From an uncultured Bacteroidales bacterium (GTDB taxonomy: Bacteria > Bacteroidota > Bacteroidia > Bacteroidales > Paludibacteraceae): a DNA stretch of 64,000 nt. Positions 45,092-54,461 of this stretch are shown in pieces. The notes under the pieces are model-generated. The model did not search any database. It was not told the DNA's origin and saw only the letters and a list, made by a program, of their open reading frames with translations. Both the position numbers and the translations under genes were made by a program. Position 1 is the stretch's first letter, and each line of letters begins with the position of its first letter. Location: assembly GCA_946186915.1 (NCBI GenBank), contig CAMHOY010000014.1, positions 1,243-65,242 on the forward strand, read 5' to 3'.

Positions 45092-45100
45092 GTACCTTTG
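45069..45100 (+). promoter_or_regulatory. promoter of the rfb operon, nested in the terminator hairpin
   Basis: TTTG at 45069-45072 lies in the hairpin loop. TACCTTTG at 45093-45100 follows 20 bp later. Confidence 0.6.
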
Positions 45101-45138
45101 CCGCCCGAATAATTACCGCATAAATCGGAGACGAAAGA

Positions 45139-45912
45139 ATGAAAGTAGTATTATTAGCCGGAGGGTTTGGTACCCGCATTAGCGAGGAGAGCCATTTGAA
45201 ACCCAAACCAATGATTGAAATTGGCGGAAAGCCTATCTTGTGGCATATCATGAAATGGTACAGCCGCTTTGGTATCAATGAGTTTATCATTTGTGCTGGG
45301 TACAAGCAGGATGTTATCAAGGAATGGTTCGCCAATTATTTCATCCACTCGAGTGATGTGACGTTTGATTTTACCAATGGCAACGAAGTCATCGTCCATA
45401 GCCAGCACGCGGAGCCGTGGAAGGTGACGGTAGTCGATACCGGATTGAATACCATGACCGGCGGACGTGTCAAGCGCATCAAGGACTACGTCGGCAATGA
45501 GCCCTTTATGCTGACCTACGGAGATGCCGTGGGCGATATTGATATCGATGCGTTGCTGGCGTATCACAAGAAGAGCGGACGTATTGGTACCGTGTCGGTG
45601 TATAATTTCGGTCAGAACAAAGGTGTGCTGGAGGTACAGGACGGCGAAGTGAAAGCCTTCCGCGAAAAGTCCGATCTGGACGGAGACCTGATCAATATCG
45701 GTTTCATGGTCTTCGAGCCGCAGTTCTTCGATATGATTGATGGCGACGATACGATTCTGGAGCGTGACCCGATGGAGCGTCTGTTGGAGCAGAAACAACT
45801 CATGGCTTATACCCATCATGGCTTCTGGCAGTGCATGGATACCATGCGTGAAAAGGAGAAACTGGAGAAACTGATTGCGGACAAGAAAGCTCCTTGGATT
45901 TATTGGAAATAA
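45139..45912 (+). CDS. rfbF: glucose-1-phosphate cytidylyltransferase
   Basis: MKVVLLAGGFGTRISEESHLKPKPMIEIGGKPILWHIM, 257 aa. Confidence 0.9.
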   Translation: MKVVLLAGGFGTRISEESHLKPKPMIEIGGKPILWHIMKWYSRFGINEFIICAGYKQDVIKEWFANYFIHSSDVTFDFTNGNEVIVHSQHAEPWKVTVVDTGLNTMTGGRVKRIKDYVGNEPFMLTYGDAVGDIDIDALLAYHKKSGRIGTVSVYNFGQNKGVLEVQDGEVKAFREKSDLDGDLINIGFMVFEPQFFDMIDGDDTILERDPMERLLEQKQLMAYTHHGFWQCMDTMREKEKLEKLIADKKAPWIYWK

Positions 45913-45936
45913 TAACCTGCAAATATATTCATTCTT

Positions 45937-47280
45937 ATGAGTAAAAAAGAAGAGTTAAAACAGCAAATATTGGATCTCACGCGTGAGTATTACCGTGAGG
46001 TGCATGGTCAGAAGAAAGAGTTCAAACCCGGAGAGACGTTTGTTAACTATGGCGGACGTTATTTCGACGATCAGGAAGTCGTTAATCTCGTGGACTCGTC
46101 GTTGGATTTCTGGCTGACAGCCGGACCGTGGGCGCATAAGTTCGAGACACGTCTGGCGAAATGGCTGGGTGTCAAATACTGCGCCGTATGTAACTCCGGC
46201 AGTAGTGCCAACCTCTTGGCGTTCTTTACGCTGACATCCCCTAAACTGGGAGAGAGAGCGATCAAACGCGGCGATGAGGTGATTACGGTCGCTGCGGGCT
46301 TCCCGACAACCGTCAATCCGATCATCCAGTTCGGCGCTGTCCCGGTGTTCGTGGATGTGGCGCTGCCGGGCTTCGATATCGACGTGACGAAGTTGGAAGC
46401 GGCGTATAGCCCGAAAGTGAAAGCTGTCATGATCGCGCACTCGCTGGGCAATCCGTTTAATATCAAAGCCGTGAAGGCGTTCTGCGACAAGCATCACCTC
46501 TGGCTGATAGAGGATAACTGCGATTCCCTGGGCTCGGAATATACGATTGACGGCGTGACGAAGAAAACCGGCACATGGGGAGATCTCGGTACGAGCAGTT
46601 TCTATCCTCCTCATCATATGACGATGGGCGAAGGCGGAGCGGTCTATACCAATGATCCGTTGCTGGATAAGATCGTCCGTTCGTTCCGCGATTGGGGACG
46701 CGACTGCTGGTGCGTCGGCGGTGTGGATAACACCTGTAAGATGCGCTTCACCGGCCAGTTCGGCGAACTGCCGCAAGGATATGATCATAAATATGTCTAT
46801 AGCCATTTCGGTTTCAATCTGAAGATCACCGACATGCAGGCGGCTATCGGCTGCGCGCAGTTGGAGAAACTGGATACGATTGTAGCGGCGCGTCGTAAGA
46901 ACTGGACGAGACTGCATGAAGGGCTGAAGGATCTCCCGCAGTTGATTCTTCCGGAAGCGGAGACCAACAGCAATCCGTCGTGGTTCGGTTTCCTGGTCGC
47001 TGTGAAGGAAGATGCAGGCTTCACCCGTAATGACTTGACCGGTTTCCTGGAGAGCCGTAAGATCCAGACGCGTAACCTCTTTGCCGGCAACCTGATCAAG
47101 CATCCTGCTTTTGACGAACTGCGCAAGAGCGGCGAAGGCTATCGTGTGGTGGGTGAACTGAAGATGACCGATTTCGTGATGACGAACGGCTTCTGGATTG
47201 GCGTCTATCCCGGCATGACCGACGACATGCTTGATTGGATGATAACGAGTATTAGAGAATTTTGCGATGGCAAACATTGA
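45937..47280 (+). CDS. rfbH: CDP-6-deoxy-D-xylo-4-hexulose 3-dehydrase (E1; DegT/RfbH family)
   Basis: The SSLDFWLTAGPW block, NSGSSANL and a PLP/PMP-fold length of 447 aa. Confidence 0.85.
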   Translation: MSKKEELKQQILDLTREYYREVHGQKKEFKPGETFVNYGGRYFDDQEVVNLVDSSLDFWLTAGPWAHKFETRLAKWLGVKYCAVCNSGSSANLLAFFTLTSPKLGERAIKRGDEVITVAAGFPTTVNPIIQFGAVPVFVDVALPGFDIDVTKLEAAYSPKVKAVMIAHSLGNPFNIKAVKAFCDKHHLWLIEDNCDSLGSEYTIDGVTKKTGTWGDLGTSSFYPPHHMTMGEGGAVYTNDPLLDKIVRSFRDWGRDCWCVGGVDNTCKMRFTGQFGELPQGYDHKYVYSHFGFNLKITDMQAAIGCAQLEKLDTIVAARRKNWTRLHEGLKDLPQLILPEAETNSNPSWFGFLVAVKEDAGFTRNDLTGFLESRKIQTRNLFAGNLIKHPAFDELRKSGEGYRVVGELKMTDFVMTNGFWIGVYPGMTDDMLDWMITSIREFCDGKH

Positions 47281-48349
47281 TATGTATAAAGATTTCTACC
47301 GAGGCAAGCGTGTCCTGGTGACAGGACAAACGGGCTTCAAAGGCTCGTGGCTTGCCATCTGGCTGCACGAGCTGGGAGCGGAAGTGATCGGCGTGGCGCT
47401 GGATCCGCAAACGGACAAAGATAACTTCGTGCTGTCCGGAATAGGCAAGAAGATCACAGCCGACCTGCGTGCAGACATCCGCGACGGAGAAGCGATGAAG
47501 CGTATCTTCCGCGAGTATCAACCGGAGATAGTGTTCCACTTGGCTGCGCAACCTCTGGTGCGTCTCAGTTATGACGAACCGGTGGAGACCTGGCAAGCGA
47601 ACGTGATGGGCACCATCAACGTGATGGAGGCTTTCCGCCAGTGCCCGTCGGCGAAAGTGGCGGTGATGATCACTACCGACAAATGCTATGAGAACCGCGA
47701 GCAGAACCATGCCTATACGGAAGATGAACCGATGGGTGGTTATGATCCGTACAGCAGCAGCAAGGGTGCTTGCGAGATCGCTATCAGCAGCTGGCGCCGC
47801 TCCTTCATGAATCCGGCGGATTATGCTAAGCACGGCAAGTCTATTGCCTCAGTGCGCGCGGGAAATGTAATAGGTGGCGGCGATTGGGCAAAAGACCGTA
47901 TCATCCCGGATTGCATCCGCGCTATTGAAGCCGGACAACCTATCGCTATCCGTAACCGTCATTCCGTACGTCCGTGGCAGCATGTACTGGAGCCGTTGAG
48001 CGGCTATATGCTCCTTGCGCAGAAGATGTGGGACAACCCCACAGCGTATTGCGAGGGATGGAACTTCGGCCCGAAGATGGATGCAGTGGTGCCGGTATGG
48101 GATGTGGCGACGATGTTGACGCGCGAATACGGAGAAGGCACACTCCTGGATCAGACCGAACCCAATGCTCCGCATGAGGCGAACCTGCTGATGCTGGATA
48201 TCACCAAGGCGCAGACGCGTCTGGACTGGCAACCTCGTCTGACTACGGCTGAGGCTATCGCGCTCACTGCTGATTGGTACAAACGCTACCGGACGGAAGA
48301 TGTGTATGCCCTGTGTGTGGAGGAGATAGAGAAATTTATAAAGAGATGA
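47267..48349 (+). CDS. rfbG: CDP-glucose 4,6-dehydratase
   Basis: GKRVLVTGQTGFKGSWLAIWL and an SDR YxxxK (YSSSK). It overlaps rfbH by 14 nt. Confidence 0.9.
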   Translation: MANIDMYKDFYRGKRVLVTGQTGFKGSWLAIWLHELGAEVIGVALDPQTDKDNFVLSGIGKKITADLRADIRDGEAMKRIFREYQPEIVFHLAAQPLVRLSYDEPVETWQANVMGTINVMEAFRQCPSAKVAVMITTDKCYENREQNHAYTEDEPMGGYDPYSSSKGACEIAISSWRRSFMNPADYAKHGKSIASVRAGNVIGGGDWAKDRIIPDCIRAIEAGQPIAIRNRHSVRPWQHVLEPLSGYMLLAQKMWDNPTAYCEGWNFGPKMDAVVPVWDVATMLTREYGEGTLLDQTEPNAPHEANLLMLDITKAQTRLDWQPRLTTAEAIALTADWYKRYRTEDVYALCVEEIEKFIKR

Positions 48350-48882
48350 CGATAGAGAAAACACCCATAGAAGGACTGCTGATCCTGCAGACTGAGAACC
48401 ATGAAGATAATCGTGGCTCGTTCCAGAAATTGTTCAATCGTGACTTCTTCCTGGAGCATGGCTTGGCTACGGATTTCTGCGAGTTCTATTACTCGCTCAA
48501 CCGCAAGGATGTAGTGCGCGGTATGCATTTCCAGACCCCTCCGGCTGACCATGTGAAGATGGTTTATGTCAGTCATGGCCGTATCATGGATGCGGTGGTG
48601 GATATCCGCAAAGGTTCCGCTACGTATGGCAAGTGCTTTACCATCGAGTTGGATGACAAACAGGGCAGATACCTGTATATCCCGAAGGGATTGGCGCATG
48701 GCTTCGTGTCCTTGGCCGATGAGACGATCGTCAATTATGCCCAGACCAGTTGTTACGACCGCGACCATGACTGCGGCGTGGACAGCATGTCGGTAGGCGT
48801 GGATTGGGGAGTGGCTGATCCTATCCGTTCGGGACGTGATCTGACTTTCCCGGCATTGGAAAACTTTGAATCACCGTTTTGA
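48346..48882 (+). CDS. RmlC-like cupin sugar-nucleotide 3,5-(or 5-)epimerase
   Basis: DNRGSFQKLF...VRGMHFQ...KMVYVSHGRIMDAVVDIR...YIPKGLAHGF. An ATGA overlap links it to rfbG. I moved the start to 48346. Confidence 0.8.
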   Translation: MTIEKTPIEGLLILQTENHEDNRGSFQKLFNRDFFLEHGLATDFCEFYYSLNRKDVVRGMHFQTPPADHVKMVYVSHGRIMDAVVDIRKGSATYGKCFTIELDDKQGRYLYIPKGLAHGFVSLADETIVNYAQTSCYDRDHDCGVDSMSVGVDWGVADPIRSGRDLTFPALENFESPF

Positions 48883-48884
48883 GT

Positions 48885-49739
48885 ATGAATATATTGGTAA
48901 CAGGCAGTAGCGGTTTCGTAGGTTCTCATCTGTGTGCACGTCTGAGACAAGAGCATAAGGTGTTCTATCTCGCTCGTCCGCATAACCCTGCACAGCAACC
49001 GGGAGCTGACGGAAACACGTTCTTCTTTGCGGATAATAACATCGGAGCCTTGACGCTTTTCCTTCGCCAGAATCAGATAGAGGGCATCATCCATTTGGCT
49101 TCCTTGTATCTGCAGACGCATCAGGAGAAAGATATCCCGAGTCTGATACAGTCCAATGTGTACTTGGGTACGGCGATATTGGAAGCGGCAAGCAAGGCGG
49201 GTGTCCAATGGTTTATCAACACCGGTACTATCTGGCAGAACTTCAATGCACCCGATGGCTCGGATCGCTATTGCCCGGTCAATCTGTATGCGGCTACCAA
49301 GCAGGCATTCATGGACCTGGCTAAGTTCTATTCCGAGACAACGGATATGAGGATTTGTACGCTTAAGCTGTGCGATACGTACGGTCCGAACGATACGCGT
49401 CGTAAGATTTATGCGTTGTTTGAGGAGAATGCGCGTACAGGCGAGTTGCTGCAGATGTCTGCCGGCGAACAGAAGATGGATATCCTGCATATCGATGATG
49501 TGGTGGAGGGTTTTGTCCATCTGGCTCAGATGATGCATGACGGAGAGAAACTGCAGGATGAGTATGTCCTCTCTTCCGGCAACCAACTGTCGTTGCGCGA
49601 GTTGGCAGCCAGATATGAGCAGGAGCATCATGTGCATTTGAATATAGAGTGGGGAGCCCGTCCTTACCGTCCGCGCGAGGTCATGACGCCCTACAAAGGC
49701 AACCTCCTCCCCGCCTGGCAACCGCAAAAAAGAGAGTAA
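48885..49739 (+). CDS. NAD(P)-dependent SDR sugar-nucleotide reductase/epimerase
   Basis: ILVTGSSGFVGSHL Rossmann motif and YAATK. The ATG at 48885 is preferred over the tracked TTG at 48879. Confidence 0.75.
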   Translation: MNILVTGSSGFVGSHLCARLRQEHKVFYLARPHNPAQQPGADGNTFFFADNNIGALTLFLRQNQIEGIIHLASLYLQTHQEKDIPSLIQSNVYLGTAILEAASKAGVQWFINTGTIWQNFNAPDGSDRYCPVNLYAATKQAFMDLAKFYSETTDMRICTLKLCDTYGPNDTRRKIYALFEENARTGELLQMSAGEQKMDILHIDDVVEGFVHLAQMMHDGEKLQDEYVLSSGNQLSLRELAARYEQEHHVHLNIEWGARPYRPREVMTPYKGNLLPAWQPQKRE

Positions 49740-49806
49740 AAAAAAGTTTATAAAGTTTAAAAGGTGTATTTGCCCTAAAGGGCGTTTAATGAACATTGAC
49801 ATAGTT

Positions 49807-50338
49807 AATCAAAAACACGGAATCAACAACGCTATCGCGTCTTACGTAATAGTTCCTTAATCTACTTGTGAGCAAGCTCCCAGATAGTTTAATGACCTAT
49901 TCCGCTAAGCACCAACGGTAAATCATTGTTGCTTGATTCCTCACAAAAACGCACTATGTTTACAAAAAATCGGGTTCTACAAACCCTTTCAAAAACCCAT
50001 GCGGTGTGTAGATATAAAAATGTTACGCCATGCATTGATGAGGTTTTTGATAGTGGAATGCAATGAAACGCTTTTTTGTGAGTGCAACGAATTTTTGTAA
50101 GCAGCTGACAGTGCACATGTGGGCAATGTCGAAGCAGAAATGACAATTAGGCTGTCTAGGAGTCTTGCTCACAAGCGCGAATTAATGGGGTCCCCGGCAA
50201 ATTTTAATTTGTGGGGAGAATGCGTAGCGCAATACGTAGCACTCTATAAGAGCTGTGCTCGTAATCGTGCGAGTATTAGCGTAAGCAAAAGGCGCGTGGG
50301 CCGTAGGCATAGCGGACGTAAGCTGCGCGTTTTTGATT
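49807..50338. repeat. nested-palindrome element, copy B (532 bp)
   Basis: The termini are AATCAAAAACACGG.../...CTGCGCGTTTTTGATT. Internal pairs include CTTGTGAGCAAGCTCCCAGATAG with CTGTCTAGGAGTCTTGCTCACAAG. Confidence 0.75.
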
Positions 50339-50365
50339 GACTAATTAACTAACAATACAACTGTA

Positions 50366-50812
50366 ATGCCTGACAAAACAACGATACATATGGCTCCGGA
50401 ACCTCGCAAAACGGAACTTGTTAATGCCACCTACGGCATTGTCGGTGCGATGATAGAAGTATATAAGAACCTCGGGGGTGGTTTGCCGGAGTATATCTAC
50501 CAAGAGGCTCTCTTTACGGAGCTGCAAACCAACGGCTTTATGGTACACAAAGAGTTGGAGTATCATCCCATTTACAAGGGCAAACCTCTTAATGCCTATC
50601 TAAAAATGGATTTGGTGGTAGAGACGCCTATCGGCAATGTGATAGTGGAATGCAAGGCTTTGACGGCGCTTACCGAACGGGAGCATTATCAAACCTTTGG
50701 GTACCTGCGCGGAACGGGATGGCCTGTGGCGATACTTGTCAACTTTGGTGCCAGCCCACGTGCACAGATAGAGCGATTTTATAATGACAATAACACCATC
50801 GCGGTGTTTTAA
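50366..50812 (+). CDS. GxxExxY-family protein (PD-(D/E)xK-like small protein)
   Basis: The family signature GGGLPEYIYQEAL is present, as is E.K in VIVECKAL. 148 aa. Confidence 0.8.
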   Translation: MPDKTTIHMAPEPRKTELVNATYGIVGAMIEVYKNLGGGLPEYIYQEALFTELQTNGFMVHKELEYHPIYKGKPLNAYLKMDLVVETPIGNVIVECKALTALTEREHYQTFGYLRGTGWPVAILVNFGASPRAQIERFYNDNNTIAVF

Positions 50813-50826
50813 ACAGAAAGGAGATA

Positions 50827-51090
50827 AATCAAAAACCCATGCGGCGTGTGGATATTAAAAATGTACACTATGAATTGAAAAGTTTTTGATAGTGGAATGT
50901 AATGGAACGCTTTTTTGTGAGTGAAACGAGTTTTTGTAAGCAGCTGACAGTGCACATGATTGGGCAATGTCGAAGCAGAAATGACAATTAGGCTGTCTAG
51001 GAGTCTTGCTCATAAGCAGACTAAATGGCATTTACGCTCAAGGCCGCGTAGGCCAATAGCCATGCGGACGTAGGCTGCGCGTTTTTGATT
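50827..51090. repeat. nested-palindrome element, copy C (right arm only, 264 bp)
   Basis: About 90% identical by eye to the right arm of copy B (49989-50170), with the same right terminus. Confidence 0.75.
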
Positions 51091-51117
51091 TAAAAATAAA
51101 CAGAAAAATATATAACA

Positions 51118-52410
51118 ATGAGTACAGCGATTGAATTCAATCATGTAAGCAAGCAATACCGCCTCGGCCTGGTCTCAACCAAGACCTTGTCCCATGACAT
51201 CCGCCGCTTCTGGATCACGAACGTCCTCGGCAAGGAGGACCCGTATCTCAAGATCGGCGAGACCAACGACCGTGCCTCCAAAGGCAACTCCGAGTACGTC
51301 TGGGCGCTGCGCGACATCGATTTCAAGGTCGAGCAAGGCGACGTCGTCGGCATCATCGGCAAGAACGGTGCCGGCAAATCTACACTTCTTAAACTACTCT
51401 CCAGAGTAACTGGACCTACTACAGGTACCATCAAAGCACGTGGCCGAATAGGTTCTCTCCTGGAGGTCGGCACAGGTTTCCATCCGGAACTGACGGGCCG
51501 CGAGAATATCTTCATGAACGGCGCTATCCTCGGCATGAGCCGTAGTGAGATTCAGGCCAAACTCGACGAGATTATCGACTTCTCCGGCTGCGAACGCTAT
51601 ATTGACACCCCGGTGAAACGCTATTCGAGTGGTATGACCGTCCGTCTGGGCTTCGCCGTGGCTGCTTTCCTCGAACCCGAGATTCTCGTTGTGGACGAAG
51701 TCCTTGCCGTCGGCGATGCCGAGTTCCAAAAGAAAGCCATCGGCAAGATGAAAGACGTCTCCACCGGCGAAGGCCGCACCGTCCTTTTTGTGAGTCATAA
51801 TATGGCTTCTATCCGAAGCCTTTGTAAGACAGGTGTGGTGCTTGACAAAGGAAGTGTTGCTTATATGGGGAATGTATTTAATGCAGTTGATTTTTATTTG
51901 TCACAAAATGCTTTTGTGCAAACAGCGACGCATGTAGATATTGAGGAGTCTCAGCACGATAAGAATCGTAGTATGGATGCGAAGATTATTATGGCTGAGT
52001 TTGTGGATGATAAATCTGTCTTTGCATCCGATGAAGATATTCGCATTCGTGTCAAAGTGCAATCTAGAGTTAATATCAATGAATGCCGGGTAAATATTGG
52101 TATATACAATGCAGATGAGACGCCAATAGGGTCATATTCATCTGATGCATTCTTTAAACTTAAAGTTGGAGAACTTAAATTACTAGAATATACATTGCAT
52201 CGTCCTAATCTTGCATTGGGCTCATACTCCCTAGCTTTCTCTGTGGGGATGGGAAATGCGCAAACAGGGGAAACCAATTTGGATGTGGTTCATCATGTGC
52301 TGACTTTCGATATAGATAGAATGTCTAAAGATGAAAAGAAGTTTTTCGTAAAGTGGGATAAGAGTTGGGGAACCATGCGTTTTGAAGCCTCGGTGAAAGA
52401 AATTGCGTAA
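51118..52410 (+). CDS. polysaccharide/O-antigen ABC transporter ATP-binding protein (Wzt/TagH-like) with a C-terminal extension domain
   Basis: Walker A GKNGAGKST, signature YSSGM, Walker B ILVVDE and H-loop FVSHN. A ~180-aa beta-rich C-terminal domain follows. Confidence 0.85.
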   Translation: MSTAIEFNHVSKQYRLGLVSTKTLSHDIRRFWITNVLGKEDPYLKIGETNDRASKGNSEYVWALRDIDFKVEQGDVVGIIGKNGAGKSTLLKLLSRVTGPTTGTIKARGRIGSLLEVGTGFHPELTGRENIFMNGAILGMSRSEIQAKLDEIIDFSGCERYIDTPVKRYSSGMTVRLGFAVAAFLEPEILVVDEVLAVGDAEFQKKAIGKMKDVSTGEGRTVLFVSHNMASIRSLCKTGVVLDKGSVAYMGNVFNAVDFYLSQNAFVQTATHVDIEESQHDKNRSMDAKIIMAEFVDDKSVFASDEDIRIRVKVQSRVNINECRVNIGIYNADETPIGSYSSDAFFKLKVGELKLLEYTLHRPNLALGSYSLAFSVGMGNAQTGETNLDVVHHVLTFDIDRMSKDEKKFFVKWDKSWGTMRFEASVKEIA

Positions 52411-52469
52411 TTGCTTCAGAAAAAGGAAACATCCAGTCAGGTTGGACACCATATAAACACATTTAGTAT

Positions 52470-53366
52470 ATGCTTTTTTCGATACTAATACCAACATATA
52501 ATAACGAGCAAACTATTGCAAAAGCAATTAATTCGGCATTAAATCAGAATTATGCAGATGAATATGAGATTATAGTCGTTAATAATGCATCTACAGATTC
52601 AACACTGCAGAAGATACAATCCTTTTCAGATTCCCGAGTGAAAGTATTTTCGAATGATCATACAGTACATATGTACGAGAATCATAATCTATGCATTCAG
52701 CATGCCCAAGGGGATTATGTAATCTTTTGCCATGCGGATGACGAATTATGCCCAAGTTCGTTAACCATATTATCGGAGGAGTTAAAAAAAAGATATTTTC
52801 CTTCAAAATGTATGATGTGGGGGTATAGTATGATTCGCGATTTTTCTCGGCACAAGAATGATTTTAAAATCAATCAAATGTTTAGTGGTGAGATTGCAAA
52901 GCGTGTATTTGTACAAGGTGGTTTAACTCCTTCGGGCACATGCTTTTCTCGGGAGGCTATGGTTTTGATAGGTGGATTTCCAATTGTGAGAGATACATAT
53001 GATATAGACTGGATTTTTGAAACAATTGCTGCTTTTAATGGATGGGAATTTGAGATGATTGACCGTTTATTATATAGAAGAGAATATGCCTCTACATATA
53101 CGGATGATCTTGCTCCTGAAATTCGTCAAAAACAGGTTAAAATAGCAGCAAACTCCATTTACTCTCATTTAAATTCCAAGCAGCAATATGAATTAAAATG
53201 CATGTGGTGGGAAGGAATAGCAGGCAACTTTGACCATATATTTGCAACGTCGCCTCCTACCAAAGAAGAACGGTTGGAAGCGTTAATGCAACGATATAAA
53301 AACGCTCCTTGGAAAGTATGGAAACTCCTCAAGTGGGTTCTTGTAAAGTACGAAATTTGGAAGTAA
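52470..53366 (+). CDS. family 2 glycosyltransferase
   Basis: FSILIPTYNNEQTIAKAINSALNQ...IIVVNNASTDST...CHADDEL. Confidence 0.85.
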   Translation: MLFSILIPTYNNEQTIAKAINSALNQNYADEYEIIVVNNASTDSTLQKIQSFSDSRVKVFSNDHTVHMYENHNLCIQHAQGDYVIFCHADDELCPSSLTILSEELKKRYFPSKCMMWGYSMIRDFSRHKNDFKINQMFSGEIAKRVFVQGGLTPSGTCFSREAMVLIGGFPIVRDTYDIDWIFETIAAFNGWEFEMIDRLLYRREYASTYTDDLAPEIRQKQVKIAANSIYSHLNSKQQYELKCMWWEGIAGNFDHIFATSPPTKEERLEALMQRYKNAPWKVWKLLKWVLVKYEIWK

Positions 53367-53436
53367 AGATTCGAATTGTTCCGCAAACTCCTAACCGGTA
53401 GACCAATACAACTATAAATGAAATTGAACAAATAAC

Positions 53437-54456
53437 ATGGATAATCCATTTAAAGAATATATTGAGACAGTACAAGAATTAGTCGCTTTGGAAGAAAAAA
53501 GCGAGCTTGCCTCGTATATATCAGAATCTAATATTGAAGCGGTTTTTGTCAGGTATGACAACTGGAATGGAGGAACAGAGTTCTATGATATAGCGATTAG
53601 TGTTCCAATCAAGGTGTTCGCGAGGATTAGATCAAAAATATCTGACGAGGAACAAACTATACGTAATGCTTTTAATGACGCAATGCATGGTGCAAATGAT
53701 TCCGTAAGGCTTAATGAAGTGAAGATTGTTCCGAGTAAATCAGCATCTGTCTCAAATATATCAATCACAGATGACGAGTCTATGTGGAAATATAATTATT
53801 ATCGATTATTCATTAGCCATCTCACGAAAGATAAAATAAGGGCGTCATATATTAAAGAAATTTTATTGCGATATGGAATAGATTGTTTTGTGGCCCATGA
53901 AGATATTTCTCCATCGAAAGAATGGCAGACAGTTATCGAAAATGCTTTATCTTCCACGGATGCACTCTGTGCTATTTTATCTCCAAATTTTATCAAGAGC
54001 CAATGGTGCGATCAAGAAGTAGGGTTCGCTTTAGGACGTCGTAAACTGGTTATACCAATCAGCTGCGGCGTAATTCCCTATGGCTTTATTGGGAAGTGGC
54101 AGGCAATTAAATCTGATGGCAAATCAAGGAATCAAGTTGCAAATGATGTGTTTAAGGCTATATGTACCAATGAGATTACGCGAAGCGGATATCTTGAGAA
54201 GCTGTTAAACCTAATAGTGGGCGCAAAATCGAAAGATGAAGCTTTGCAATTCTTAAACGTTTTTAAAGATATTAATGAAGTTGAAAAAAGATATGTAGAT
54301 ATCCTATATTCCCATTATGCAGATAATCACATATTAATGGAAAATGAATGCGTGAAAATAGCAAATCCCATATTTGAGCAGAATGGTCTTGAGACAATCA
54401 AGAAGAAGTCGCCCATAGAAACTCCAGTACCTCAAAATATAGATTTACCATTCTAA
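53437..54456 (+). CDS. TIR-domain protein with unknown N- and C-terminal domains
   Basis: Central TIR signature: LFISHLTKD...CFVAHEDISPSKEW...AILSPNFIKSQWCDQEVGFALG. The Glu after the WC motif is conserved. Confidence 0.75.
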   Translation: MDNPFKEYIETVQELVALEEKSELASYISESNIEAVFVRYDNWNGGTEFYDIAISVPIKVFARIRSKISDEEQTIRNAFNDAMHGANDSVRLNEVKIVPSKSASVSNISITDDESMWKYNYYRLFISHLTKDKIRASYIKEILLRYGIDCFVAHEDISPSKEWQTVIENALSSTDALCAILSPNFIKSQWCDQEVGFALGRRKLVIPISCGVIPYGFIGKWQAIKSDGKSRNQVANDVFKAICTNEITRSGYLEKLLNLIVGAKSKDEALQFLNVFKDINEVEKRYVDILYSHYADNHILMENECVKIANPIFEQNGLETIKKKSPIETPVPQNIDLPF

Positions 54457-54461
54457 ACATA

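Noticed and set aside
45955-47277. Long minus-strand ORFs opposite rfbH, the APH-like kinase (44127-45335), the imelysin gene (27454-28407), the RluB-like gene (34443-35480), comM (41101-42030) and the SDR reductase (48753-49802).
   Set aside because: Each is the mirror image of a well-supported plus-strand gene and has no recognisable domain. They are shadow ORFs.
51786-51806. Similarity of CCTTTTTGTGAGTCAT in wzt to the TTTTTTGTGAGTCATGG word of palindromic element A, which could suggest the elements derive from wzt.
   Set aside because: In wzt these bases encode the conserved H-loop (LFVSH). The flanking sequence and the translated frames of the element show no further similarity, so this is probably coincidence.
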